64,000 bases of DNA from contig NC_043003.1 in assembly GCF_006345805.1 (NCBI RefSeq), positions 15,252,001-15,316,000 on the forward strand, given 5' to 3'. The position numbers and the translations under genes were made by a program. Below the pieces are notes generated by a model. The model made no database searches. It was given only the letters and a program-made list of their open reading frames with translations, and was not told where the DNA came from. Shown in pieces: positions 52,509 to 64,000 of the stretch (within the stretch, counting starts at the first letter, position 1; each line of letters opens with the position of its first letter). The DNA comes from Octopus sinensis (lineage: Eukaryota).

Positions 52509-52510
<2 letters not shown>
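52110..52510 (+). mobile_element. Helitron-like non-autonomous element
   Basis: 5' TATATAAAAT with (GTCT)n; 3' hairpin CCGTCCA-T-TGGACGG (52479-52493) shortly before a CTCGT end. Confidence 0.45.
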
Positions 52511-52566
<56 letters not shown>

Positions 52567-53129
52567 GTCATTTTGAACAGTGTCTTGTGTTAAGCAGGCA
52601 TTCAAAACTACTGAACATGCCACCAAAATAAGTAGAAGCCTTGGATTTTGCATAAAGAAGTCCCAAACACATACAAAAATATTCACTCATTTACATAGAC
52701 GGAGCAAAACAAAAAACAAAGTGAGAAAAATATTGAAGAATATATTAACATACTTCCCAAAAAATAAAGATGATTTCAAATATTAATGAAGTTGCAAAAG
52801 TGATTTCGTAGTTAAGTACAATTTACATACCAAAACATTTTCAGTGTAAAAAAACAAAATAATGCAAAGGAAAATGAAACAAAAAAAACTTATCGCTAAA
52901 AAATGTGGAGTGGATTCCTCAGGTATACAGAGCAACAATGAGGACCGGCCTACCCTTGCCAACGTTGCGAGCCACTGGTTTAGCCGAACAAATTGACCCC
53001 AGGACTTGTTTTTTTTAATGCCTGGTATTTATTTTGTATACGCCTTTTGCCAAACCGCTAAGTTACGGGGATGTAAACAAGCCAACACCGGACTCTTTTA
53101 TTCAGGAAGCAAAAAAAAAAAGGAGAATA

Positions 53130-53439
53130 CAGTAGAACCTCGCACTACGAGTGCCCCCATAGTACGAGTAATTTGCTGTACGAGCATAGAGACTCGTGCG
53201 AATTTTTGTCTTGAAGTACGAGCAAAAATCCGCAGTACTCTTTTACTCTTTTACTTGTTTCAGTCAATTGACTGCGGCCATGCTGGAGCACCGCCTTTAG
53301 TCGATCAAATCGACCCCGGGACTTATTCTTTGTAAGCCCAGTACTTATTCTATCGGCCTCTTTTGCCGAACCGCTAAGTGACGTCGGACGTAAACACATC
53401 AGCATCGGTTGTCAAGCAATGCTAGGGGGACAAACACAG

Positions 53440-53492
<53 letters not shown>

Positions 53493-53911
53493 TACGACAG
53501 ACTTCTTTCAGTTTCCGTCTACCAAATCCACTCACAAGACATTGGTCGGCCCGGGGCTATAGCAGAAGACACTTGCCCAAGATGCCACGCAGTGGGACTG
53601 AACCCGGAACCATGTGGCTGGTAAGCAAGCTATTTACCACACAGCCACTCCTGTACGAGCACACAAATCTTCTCATCTTTAAGGTAATTCAGTTTATAAA
53701 ACCAGCTTACTCTCTTTTACTTATTTCAGTTATTTGACTGCGGCCATGCTGAAGCACCGCCTTTAGTCGATGAAATCGACACCAGGACTCATTTTTTGGA
53801 AGCCTAGTACTTATTCTATCGGTGTATTTTGCCGAACCGCTAAGTTACGGGGACAAACACACCAGCATCGGTTGTCAAGCGATGTTGGGGAGACAAACAT
53901 AGACACACACA

Positions 53912-54003
<92 letters not shown>

Positions 54004-54388
54004 CGACGGGCTTCTTTCAGTTCCGTCTACCAAATCCACTCACAAGGCTTTGGTCGGCCTGAGGCTATAGAAGAAGACACTTGCCCAAGGTGCTATGCTG
54101 TGGGTATGAACCCGGAACCATGTGGTTGGTAAGCAAGCTACTTACCACACAGCCACTCCATATTTCTTTTGCCTTCTCTTTTTTTTTTATAATTGTCATT
54201 TCACTTGCAACTACACTTTTCCTGTTTTAAAACTCATAAAAAATTATTTTTGGGTAGGTTTTGGTGGCCGGAACGGATTAATTATATTGTAGTGAATTTC
54301 AGTGGAGAAAATTGATTTGTAAAATGAGGAAATCGTGAGACGAACTCGGTCATGGGACGAATTAAACACGTACTGCGAGGTATCACTG
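53130..54388. mobile_element. pogo/Tigger-like MITE (CAGT..ACTG, TA TSD) with two nested SINE-A copies (53240-53653, 53712-54158, minus)
   Basis: Left TACAGTAGAACCTCGCACTACG; right end reverse-complements to TACAGTGATACCTCGCAGTACG. Confidence 0.7.
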
Positions 54389-54444
54389 TAATCTACATCA
54401 AACATTTAGGATGATGGTTTTTTTCTGTTAATAGATATACTCTT

Positions 54445-54818
54445 TTTATTTGTTTCAGTCATTTTACTGAGGCCATGCTGGAGCATCGCCTTTAGTCGAG
54501 CAAATCGACCCCAGGACTTATTCTATCTTTTTCTTTTGCCGAACTGCTAAGTTACGGGGGACGTAAACACACCAGCATCGGTTGTCAAGCGATGTTGGGG
54601 GGACAGACACAGGCACACAAACATATACACACACATACATATATATACATATATAGGACGGGCTTCTTTTAGTTTCCGTCTACCAAATCCACTCACAAGG
54701 CTTTGGTCGGCCCGAGGCTATAGTAGAAGACACTTGCTCAAGGTGCCACGCAGTGGGACTGAACCCGGAACCATGTGGTTCGTAAGCAAGCTACTTACCA
54801 CACAGCTACTCCTACGCC
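54445..54818 (-). mobile_element. SINE family A
   Basis: Family A match. Confidence 0.9.
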
Positions 54819-54819
54819 T

Positions 54820-55081
54820 ATGTCTGTCCCACAAAGAACAAAATATCTCAAGAAAGGAATACAAAAAGGTTTTTCACTATAAAGATCTGCAAATTGAAAT
54901 CACAAAAACGTGGAAGCTTAGTACTACGATAATACCAGTAGTAATTGGTGCGTTGGGAATGATAAAGAAGGGAGCTGAGAAGTATATTAAGCAACTCCCT
55001 GATAACTTCAATCTCCGTAAACTACAAAAGATAACCTTGATGGGTACAGCTCATGTACTACGGAGAACACTCTCCATCTAA
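54820..55081 (+). mobile_element. R4/Dong-like LINE C-terminal fragment
   Basis: YKDLQIEITKTWKLSTTIIPVVIGALGMI..LQKITLMGTAHVLRRTL. Confidence 0.8.
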
Positions 55082-55159
55082 AATGGAATAAAGTTGGTGA
55101 TAATTTTAGCATGTATAGCAAAACAAAAGAGCCCTTGCTTCTCTGCACAAAGTAGATAT

Positions 55160-55300
55160 AGGCGGTTTTAAATCAAGGCTGGACCTCTTCCTGTCAAGAG
55201 TCCCAGATGAATCTACCTCACGACAAGAGGTGCAAATGAGGGTAGCTACATCAAACTCCATTCTTCACCAAGTGCCACATATTGGAGGAGGCTCTCATCA
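55160..55300 (+). mobile_element. CR1-type 3' fragment, same family as 59280-59765
   Basis: AAATCAAGGCTGGAC..GTCCCAGATGAA..GAGGTGCAAATGAGGGTAGCTA shared with 59550-59670. Confidence 0.75.
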
Positions 55301-55304
55301 TTAC

Positions 55305-57165
55305 AAAGTCAGCCGACAGACAGATCCGTCCTTCACGTAAAAACGGCTGTTCGACATAACCCCACAAGTCAGCACTGCCCAGACACTGAACGAGGGCGTG
55401 CAGAACGACTTCGTCATGCTGCGCGCACCTCGGACAAGCCCGTCTGTCAGTACATCCGTGCCTGTAGAGTTTATCTCGAGCCGGTAGCGTCCCCCTGTGG
55501 CTCTGTTAGGCCAAGGGCATCTGGAAATTATCCATGATAGTTCTCGACCGGTAAGTCCTCCTGAACAGACTAGTCAGTTCATTCTCGTCGAGGCTCAGAT
55601 TCTCCCCGAGAACGTTGTCGCACTTTCCCGCCACTAATCCGCTATAAATTTCTAAAACAAAACATCCACCAATTCCTATTTCTTTACTACCCACAAGGGG
55701 CTAAACACAGAGGGGACAAACAAGGACAGACATAGGTATTAAGTCGATGACATCGACCCCAGTGCGTAACTGGTACTTAATTTATCGACCCCGAAAGGAT
55801 GAAAGGCAAAGTCGACCTCGGCGGAATTTGAACTCAGAACGTAACGCAGACGAAATACCTATTTCTTTACTACCCACAAGGGGCTAAACATAGAGGAGAC
55901 AAACAAGGACAGACATAGGTATTAAGTCGACTACATCGACCCCAGTGCGTAACTGGTACTTAATTTATCGACCCCGAAAGGATGAAAGGCAAAGTCGACC
56001 TCGGCGGAATTTGAACTCACAACGTAACGCAGACGAAATACCGCTAAGCATTTCGCTCGGCGTGCTAACGTTTCTTCCATTGCCCGACTGGTAGGGGGCT
56101 GTGAACGCCTGACGGTATTCTAGGTGCCAGGCGCTTAGTCTCGGTCTTTTCTTCATTCAGGACTGCAGCTCCGTCGAAGAGACGAGCTACGGAAAGAGAA
56201 TCCTCACAAACGGAGCCCCACACGTTCACCGTCCAGAAATCGTTGCGTAACCTAAGAGCATGTCTGCACCTTAGGAGCCACGACATACGTAATACGCCAC
56301 TCAGAGGATGCTGGCAACAGACTGAACGCCTGACCATTGGAACCCGTCCCTTCCACAAGAATTTAAATAAGAGACGCTCCAGCCTGATCAAGCTGTAACC
56401 AGGGCAAGGCACGACGGTCAGGCGATAAATGACAATGGAGGCGATATAAGCATTTGCCACCTGTGCCTGACCTTTCAGGAACAGTGTTCTCTCAGCCCAT
56501 AAGACTGGCCACCACGTTCGCCACCTCGTCCCAGTTCTTATCAACCTGGAGTCGGGACCAGGCCAGGCCCCGAGCAGTTTAACTGGTACGGCGGTCCAGC
56601 GTACGATGACTCCATCCAATGACATTGTCCTGCCTCTCCAGGATCTGAGCCGCAAACCCACCGATTTGTTGGCGTTGATTTTAGCCCCTGCAACTGACCC
56701 ATATTGCTTTCGGATGGTGCCGACCGTCTCCATTTTGGAGGCGTTCAGCACTATGACGGTGACGTCAACTGCGTATACCGACACTGCCCTTCCTTGTTCC
56801 GTTCGAAAGGGATGCCCCTTAGCTGTTCCAACTTCCACAGCAGTGGCTTGAGTGCCATTACGTACAGAAGAAGCGACAGTGGGCAGCTCTGACGGACCGA
56901 GAGTGCGATGCCAAACGGCTCTGATTGGTAGTCGTTTGCTTTGACTACTGAACAGGTGCTGCTGTGCATTGCAGCGATCCGGCCTTTGAAAACGGATCTG
57001 AAACCGCCTGCTTTCAGGACGGCTTCCAAGTGGCGATGGTCCACCGTGTCGAATGCTTTTGATTGATCCAAATTGATCAGAGCACCTCCGGAGCCACCTT
57101 TGGTCCCAGCCGTCTCTATAATGTATCGCATAAAGTGGAGGTTGTCGTGGATAGACCTGCTCGGG
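55305..57165 (-). mobile_element. Degenerate Tx1-type LINE copy 5 with an inserted SINE-B dimer (55676-56073)
   Basis: SIHDNLHFMRYII, DQSKAFDTVDH, VRQSCPLS, ASIVIYRLTVVPCP, RDKLYRHG. Confidence 0.85.
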
Positions 57166-57189
57166 GATTTCAATAATAGTAATGGTTTT

Positions 57190-57229
57190 AAATCGCTAAC
57201 GATTTCGCCAGCTCACCGCCTTAATAATA

Positions 57230-57280
<51 letters not shown>

Positions 57281-57491
57281 GTTTCAAATTTTACCATTAG
57301 GGCAGCAATTTTGGGGAAGGGGAGGAGTCGATTACAGCGACTCCAGTGCTTCACTGGTACTTAATTTATCGATCCCGAAAGGATGAAAGGCAAAGTTGAC
57401 CTCGGCAGAATATGAGCTCAGTACGTATTGACGAGCGAAATGCCGCTAAGCATTTCATCTAGAGCGCTAACAATTCTGCTCTCTCGCTGCC

Positions 57492-57548
<57 letters not shown>

Positions 57549-57755
57549 TATAATAATAATTCTTTCTATTATAGGCACAAGGCATGAAATTTGGTGGGGG
57601 TGGGGAGGAGGCCAATCAATTTATGCAACTGATACTTAATTTATCGAACCCGAAAGAATGAAAGGCAAAGTCGACCTCGGCGGAATTTGAGCCAAGAACG
57701 TCAAGGTCGGACAAAATGCCGCTAAGCGTTTCGTCCGGTATGCTAACGATTTTGC
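57190..57755 (-). mobile_element. Cluster of SINE-B copies and fragments embedded in (AAT)n tracts
   Basis: Family B heads at ~57230, ~57490 and ~57755, each abutting (TAA)n. Confidence 0.8.
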
Positions 57756-57756
57756 C

Positions 57757-57801
<45 letters not shown>

Positions 57802-57833
57802 GATGATGATAATAATAAATGATGATGATGATA

Positions 57834-57865
<32 letters not shown>

Positions 57866-57869
57866 AATA

Positions 57870-57930
<61 letters not shown>

Positions 57931-58519
57931 GCGTAACATAAAAAAATATCAAATGGTTTAGTTTGTGACTTTTGGCCCATCTGCGTGTATGCAGATTTAT
58001 TGTCACCCATATATGCACAACCATTGACGTATTTTCACACGGCCCGACAACATCATATACAAAATGAAACCTGTTTTATTTTATAGCATTTGTTTACAAT
58101 AGAAGCAGGTAACATTTTGCATTTATAGAAAGAAAACATCAAACAATGAGAGAAAAAAAATCAAAACAAACTCTATTCTTTTATTGGTTTCAGCTAGAGG
58201 ATGTGGCAATGCTGGGGCGCCACTACAAGCTTTAATACTAGTTTATTTGAAATTCTTTTGCTGGGCCTGTCTCCAGAATCGTGCTGGGCGGAGAAATGCG
58301 AGAGACACACCTGGACCTCGCGTTTCCTGTGCGTTTAATGATTGATTGATTCTAGTTTCAGCTTATGAGCTGTGGCCATGCTGGGGCACCGCCATTTCCT
58401 TATGTGGCAAGTTTTCTACGGCCGGATGCCCTTCCTGACGCCAACCCCCACCTGTTACCAAGCGAGGTAGTTTTTCCCTCTCTCTCTTTGGGAGAGGCAC
58501 AAGCACCTACACGCACATA

Positions 58520-58683
58520 TACACACACGGCAGTAGTTTCCACCTACCGAATTCAATCACAAAGCTCCGGTCAGCTCGGGGCTATAGTGAAAGACACCTA
58601 CCCAAAGTGCCACGCAGTGGGACTGAACCCGAAACCATGTAGCTAGGAAGCAAGCTCCCTAACCACACAGCCATGCCCGCGCC
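58520..58683 (-). mobile_element. SINE-A-related 5' part
   Basis: GGCGCGGGCATGGCTGTGTGGTTAG..GGGTTCAGTCCCACTGCGTGGCAC on minus. Confidence 0.75.
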
Positions 58684-59082
58684 TACATATGGGCCTCCAT
58701 ATGTTGCTATTGATGCCGCGTTTATCTGGCATCTCAGACACACGTCCATTAAAATATTTTTGAACGGATTCACATCTACGCCTCGAAGTTTTCTCAGAAT
58801 ATTTGGTATGGCAATGAAAAATTGTGGATCTTTGAACCCTCGAACAGTAAAAGAATTAGACCCTTACTCTTAATGTAGAGGCCAGGCTCTTTGATATTAT
58901 GCAGTGACGTCCAGGTCACTAATTATTATAGCTTTGAATCCCAATGTTCGTTGGTAGACCTTGCCGAATATATATATATATATATATATAAAATATACAC
59001 ATTTCATTATGTTAAACCGTGAAGCCCTACACATTTTTTATCTCTCCGTTTTTTCGTTCCCTTTCCATTTTTTCCCCTTATC

Positions 59083-59119
59083 CTTTTCTGTCGAAGAGCA
59101 TTGGCTCGAAACATCAAAG
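59083..59119 (+). ncRNA. Penelope-type minimal hammerhead motif (A6U core variant), same family as 35238-35273
   Basis: CUUUU-CUGUCGA-A-GAGC auug GCUC-GAAAC-AUC-AAAG; flanks share AAAGACTTTTCCATTCTTCCC.AGCGT with the 35.2 kb copy. Confidence 0.55.
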
Positions 59120-59279
59120 ACTTTTCCATTCTTCCCAAGCGTCAAACTAAACACCTGTTTGCTTTTCCTACACCTGTCTTCGTCTTTCGTTTTCTGTAAA
59201 CACACACACACACACACACACAAGCACACATATAATTGCTTATCTTTCGCGTATTCTCTTCAGGGATTAGGGGTCTCGG

Positions 59280-59765
59280 CTCTTTTAACCTCTTTCTCCT
59301 TGGAGCGAAGGCGAGAGAGGTATGCAGTAATATACATCTGGAAGATCCTGCAAGGAATTATGCCAAATTTTGGCATTGAAAGCTACACCAAATCAGAACG
59401 GGTCGACACTGCACAGTGTCAAAGATCCCAGCAAAGCCATCGCGCTTCAGGACCAGTTACTGCAACAGCTTGGGTTTCAGGGGTCCACAGCTTTTTAATA
59501 TTCTCCCAAAGAGCCTGAGGAACTTGTACAAAGTAGATGTAGGGGTTTTTAAATCAAAGCTGGACATCTTCCTGTCGAGAGTCCCAGATGAACCTACCTC
59601 ACGGCAAGAGGTGCAAATGAGGGTAGCTATATCAAACGCCATTCTTCACCAAGTGCCACATATTAGAGGAGGTTCTCAGTGTAGCAAATATCTCAGTGTA
59701 GGAAATAATATCATTGTAGCAAAACGGCGGTGCGTGAGCATGGCCACAGCTATGAGCTGAAACTA
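59280..59765 (+). mobile_element. CR1-clade LINE 3' end
   Basis: SLERRRERYAVIYIWKILQG, GPQLFNILPKSLRN, FKSKLDIFLSRVPDEP; 3' end GGCGGTGCGTGAGCATGGCCACAGC..GCTGAAAC. Confidence 0.85.
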
Positions 59766-59826
59766 CAGACCCCACCACCAAAAAACAAAACATTTGTTTC
59801 TCTTTATCTATCTCTGTCACTTCTTC

Positions 59827-59900
<74 letters not shown>

Positions 59901-60369
59901 GATCAGCGTGCATGTTTGCCTGTGTGTATATATATATGTGCATGCATGTATGTATGCATATATTCATGTATGTATGTATGTATGTATGTATGTATGTATG
60001 TATGTATGTATGTATGTATGTATGTATGTATGTATGTATGTGTGTATGTATGTATGCGTGTGTGTGTGTCTGTATGCGTATGTATGTATGTATGCTGCAT
60101 ATTCATGTGTCCGTGTGTTTTTGTGTGTATGTGTGTGTGAGTACGTCTACTTCCTTGATCTGCATATTTGAGTGTGTCTATGTGTATGTGTTTGTGTGAC
60201 TATGTGCGCGCGTTTGTTATGTATGCATGTGTGTCTCCATATGCGTATACGTGTGTGTAGAGTGTAGGTGTGTATATGATCATGAGTTTCTTTCTCCTTT
60301 GGTGTTTGTGTGTGTTTGTTTGTCTGTCTGTACTACCTATGTATGTATCTACCTACCAATGTATCTATC

Positions 60370-61030
60370 GGTCCACTTACTATCTATCTAACCGCTCAGT
60401 CGAAGTCGACTCTCGCTTATTCGATGGATCAGTGTCCTCCAGCCAGTTCTATCCTGGGTCGCTTCTTTCAGATTGGCTATGTCCATTCCCGTGTCACTCT
60501 TGATGGTGTCAAGCCAGCGGGTTCTTGATCGGCCTCTTTCTCTCTTGCCACTGACCATTCCGAGCATGAGGTTCTTCTCCAGGGATTTTCTCCGCATAAT
60601 ATGACCAAAATATGCCAATCTATGCTTGGTGACCCTAGCTTCTAGCGACAGTTTTGGCTTGATCTGGTTAAGAACTTCTCCATTGGTGAGCCTCGCTGTC
60701 CATGGAATCCGCAAAAGTCTTCTCCAACACCAAAGCTCGAATGCATTAATTCTCTTCTGGTCAGATTTCTTTAGTGTCCAGGTCTCGCATCCATATGTTG
60801 CTATTGAGAAGACGATCGCATTCACCAATCTGCATTTGGTAGCGAGGCTGATGTTTCTACTCTTCCAGACCTTGCTCATGCTGACCATTGCCTCTCTACC
60901 CAGTACTATCCGCCGCCTTATTTCTGGAGTGCAGTTACTATCTCGATTTATTTTGGAGCCAAGGAAGATGAAATCATCAATCACTTCGATATCTTCATTA
61001 TCGATCTTGACGCTGATGTTTGTTGTGGCA
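60370..61030 (-). mobile_element. BovB-like RTE LINE 3' fragment with open reading frame (60388-60984) and GATA-like tail
   Basis: FIFLGSKI, TYGCETWT, IDAF-like INAFELWCWRRLLRIPWTAR, YFGHIMRR, RGRSRTRWLD, WRTLIHRISESRLRLS. Confidence 0.9.
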
Positions 61031-61084
61031 TCAACTATTTAAAAAATGTACCCATGTATGTATACTCTGTGGATATTGGGGTAT

Positions 61085-61345
61085 CTCGACCTCCTACATG
61101 TATATCCTATTTAGTACGGGGAACGTTTCATTTATGAGGCCGGACTCTTGTATTTGTCGAAGTGATGGGTCCTTCGGGTGCTTGGATAAAATGCGGATGT
61201 CTGTTCGGTTCAGAAAGCCTCCATGTTGGTCTTTGACATGTTGATAGAGTATGGAGGACTTTTTCTTGTCATCATACCCACCCCCGTGTTTTATTTATTC
61301 TCTCCGCTATGCTCCTAGATGTCTCACAAATGTATGCCATGTTTC
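61085..61345 (-). mobile_element. Penelope-like GIY-YIG endonuclease C-terminal fragment
   Basis: YICETSRSIAERI, then after a frameshift SILYQHVKDQHG..ILSKHPKDPSLRQIQESGLINETFPVLNR. Confidence 0.7.
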
Positions 61346-61377
61346 TTTCCTTACTTCATGCTGTAATCTAAGAATGT

Positions 61378-61758
61378 GGAGGCTCAATGGCCCAGTGGTT
61401 AGGGCAGCGGACTCGCGGTCGTAGGATCGCGGTTTCGATTCCCAGACCGGGCGTTGTGAGTGTTTATTGAGCGAAAACACCTAAAGCTCCACGAGGCTCC
61501 AGCAGGGGATGGTGGTGATCCCTGCTGTAGTCTTTCACCACAACTTTCTCTCACGCTTACTTCCTGTCTCACTTGTACCTATATTTGAAAGGGCCGGCCT
61601 TGTCACTCTCTGTGTCACGCTGAATATCCCCGAGAACTACGTTAAGGGTACACGTGTCTGTGGAGTGCTCAACCACTTACACGTTAATTTCACGAGCAGG
61701 CTGTTCCGGTGATTCGGATCAACCGGAACCCTCGTCGTCGTAACCGACGGAGTGCTTC
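61378..61758 (+). mobile_element. SINE family C
   Basis: Near-identical to 14431-14815. Confidence 0.85.
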
Positions 61759-61986
61759 AAGACAATCTAAGAATATCGTCTGTTAAGAATACAGATGATG
61801 TTCAGTGAACCACAAAAGAGAGAATTGTATTACTCCACCGTTATTATACTAAATTAGCAGTAAGATTAGCACTAAGTGTAGACATGCGTGTGTGTCTATG
61901 GATAGTCGTATATGTGCCTGCGTATGCATGTGTGTGTTTGTGAGCCAATGAGTGAGTACTGGTATGTATGTATGTATATATGTATG

Positions 61987-62035
<49 letters not shown>

Positions 62036-62447
62036 AATTGTCCTGTACTCTATTTTTTTGTTGTTTAAAAAAATGTCCAGTTCCTTTGGTTTGTGTCTAT
62101 GTTTTCGTTTGGTGTCCTGTACTCATATATGCGTGTATATGTACATGTAGAGGTAGGTACGTACATATATGTTTATATATATGCATATGTTTTATTTTAT
62201 TTATTAATATATATATATGTGTGTGTGTGTGTGTAAGTAGATTATGAGATATATAAATATGTATATATATATATATGTGTGTATATATTCTATATTCTAT
62301 ATATACACACACATATTCATATATACATACGCCCCATGTACATATATATGCACACATATACTCATACCTACCTCCCAACCGTTCTAGCTATCTCCCTCAC
62401 TCCTTGCCAACTTACCCGTCTACCTAAATATACACATACATACTTTC

Positions 62448-62612
<165 letters not shown>

Positions 62613-62670
62613 GAGTATATAAGAAATTAAAATGACAAGGAAATAAGAAATTACATCATGAATTACATTA

Positions 62671-62749
62671 CTTTACAGCTGTTTCGGATATAAGATTCTA
62701 TGCACACATAGGTAAATGCTCGTGCATCACCCTATAGCTTCATCGGAAA
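62671..62749 (-). ncRNA. Degenerate hammerhead-like motif (long helix II)
   Basis: CCGAUGA-A-GCUAUAG..CUUAUAUCC-GAAAC agcu GUA; palindromic ACAGCUGU at helix III. Confidence 0.35.
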
Positions 62750-63106
62750 TTCTAACATTTACTGCAATTTTATTTGGAAAAGCGTTTACACATTTTTATA
62801 TATTTATATGTCTGTGTGGGCGTGTGTGCATGTCGCCAAGCGAGTATGATGAGATGAAATTGTATTCTTGTACAAGTAGATTCATATGAATGGAATACAA
62901 ATATATGTTTATATTTAGGTGTGTCTTCATATGAACATGCATTTGATCGAAAACATATTTTGTTACGCCCCTTCTTTCTTATATGCTTGCTTGTTCATGC
63001 GTTCACATATATATAAATATCTATGTACACCTTTATGGGTATGCATATGTACGCCAATGAGCTTTTATATATGTACGTCTATATATCTATATCTATAGAA
63101 GTAGCT

Positions 63107-63245
63107 GTGTGGTATGTAGCTTGCTTACCAACCACATTGTTCCGGGTTCAGTCCCACTGTAGGGAACCTTGGGAACCTTCTACTATAGTCTCATGCCGAC
63201 CAAAGCCTTCTGAGTGGATTTGGTAGACGAAAACTGGAAGAGGTC

Positions 63246-63283
<38 letters not shown>

Positions 63284-63284
63284 T

Positions 63285-63327
<43 letters not shown>

Positions 63328-63525
63328 CTGTGTTTCTGCCCCAACATCGCTTGACAACCGATGCTAGTGTGCTTACGTTCCCGTTAGCTAGCGGTTCGGC
63401 AAACAAGACCGATAGAATAAGTACTAGGCTTACAATGAATACGTCTTGGGTTCGATTTGCTCGAGTAAAGGCGGTGATCCAGCATGGCCGCAGTCAAATG
63501 ACTGAAACAATTAAAAAAGAGTAAA
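63107..63525 (+). mobile_element. SINE family A
   Basis: Family A match. Confidence 0.85.
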
Positions 63526-63554
63526 TAATATTAATGATGATGATGATGATGATG

Positions 63555-63720
63555 ATAATGATGATGATACCAAATGACATTCTTAGACTATGACAAAATA
63601 CCAGGAAACACCAAAAGTTAGAACTATAAAAAATTGTTCGTATGAGTACTGTCCATATCATGAGAAAAACACTGCCAGCCAGAGAATTAGCTATCTCGAA
63701 CTTTTACACTATCAGTTCTT
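63555..63720 (+). mobile_element. Degenerate R4/Dong-like 3' end after (GAT)n
   Basis: KIPGNTKS..KIVRMSTVHIMRKTL resembles the 6100 and 55000 fragments. Confidence 0.45.
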
Positions 63721-64000
63721 TGTCTCTTTCTATGTATTTGACGCATTAGTGTAAAGAAATTTTATTGTCCCGCTCACCACCCGTTTACCTCTACTTAGCT
63801 TTCTTCTCCCTTGACTTAATGACATCTATAAACACACCCATCTCTATTAGGGTGGCATAGCTATTAATTATTACTTTCAGAGGTCATTTGGCTTTGGTTT
63901 TGTTTTGCTTTTCTTTTATTTTTTCAGCTAGCCACTCGTGCTGTGGCTAGTCTGATAATTCATTTGCTCACCCCCGCGCAACAATGTAAACAACTTATAG

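Overview
Repeat-saturated animal genomic DNA, very probably octopus or another cephalopod (inferred from tRNA-derived SINE families and extreme microsatellite load; not verified by search). One clear host gene: an SLC26/SulP anion transporter whose whole ORF is uninterrupted (294-2843, minus). The rest is mobile DNA: five Tx1/L1-type LINE copies (one near full length, 42719-48877), remnants of CR1, RTE/BovB-like, R4/Dong-like and Penelope elements, mariner/Tc1/pogo/Merlin-like MITEs, Helitron-like elements, dozens of SINEs, microsatellites, a ~1 kb tandem duplication and a 100-N gap. Main second-look signals: (1) Tx1 LINEs flanked on both sides by microsatellites, (ATCT)n for one subfamily and (ATT)n for another, suggesting target specificity; (2) the abundant SINE-B shares its last ~42 nt with these Tx1 LINEs, and SINE-A shares its tail with a CR1, giving two candidate LINE/SINE pairs; (3) several Penelope-type minimal hammerhead ribozyme motifs, two with an A6U core variant; (4) an altered TM10 anion-binding motif (VAPPRS) in the SLC26 protein. 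Most ORF-track entries are microsatellite artefacts. Coordinates of degenerate repeats are approximate and were read by eye.
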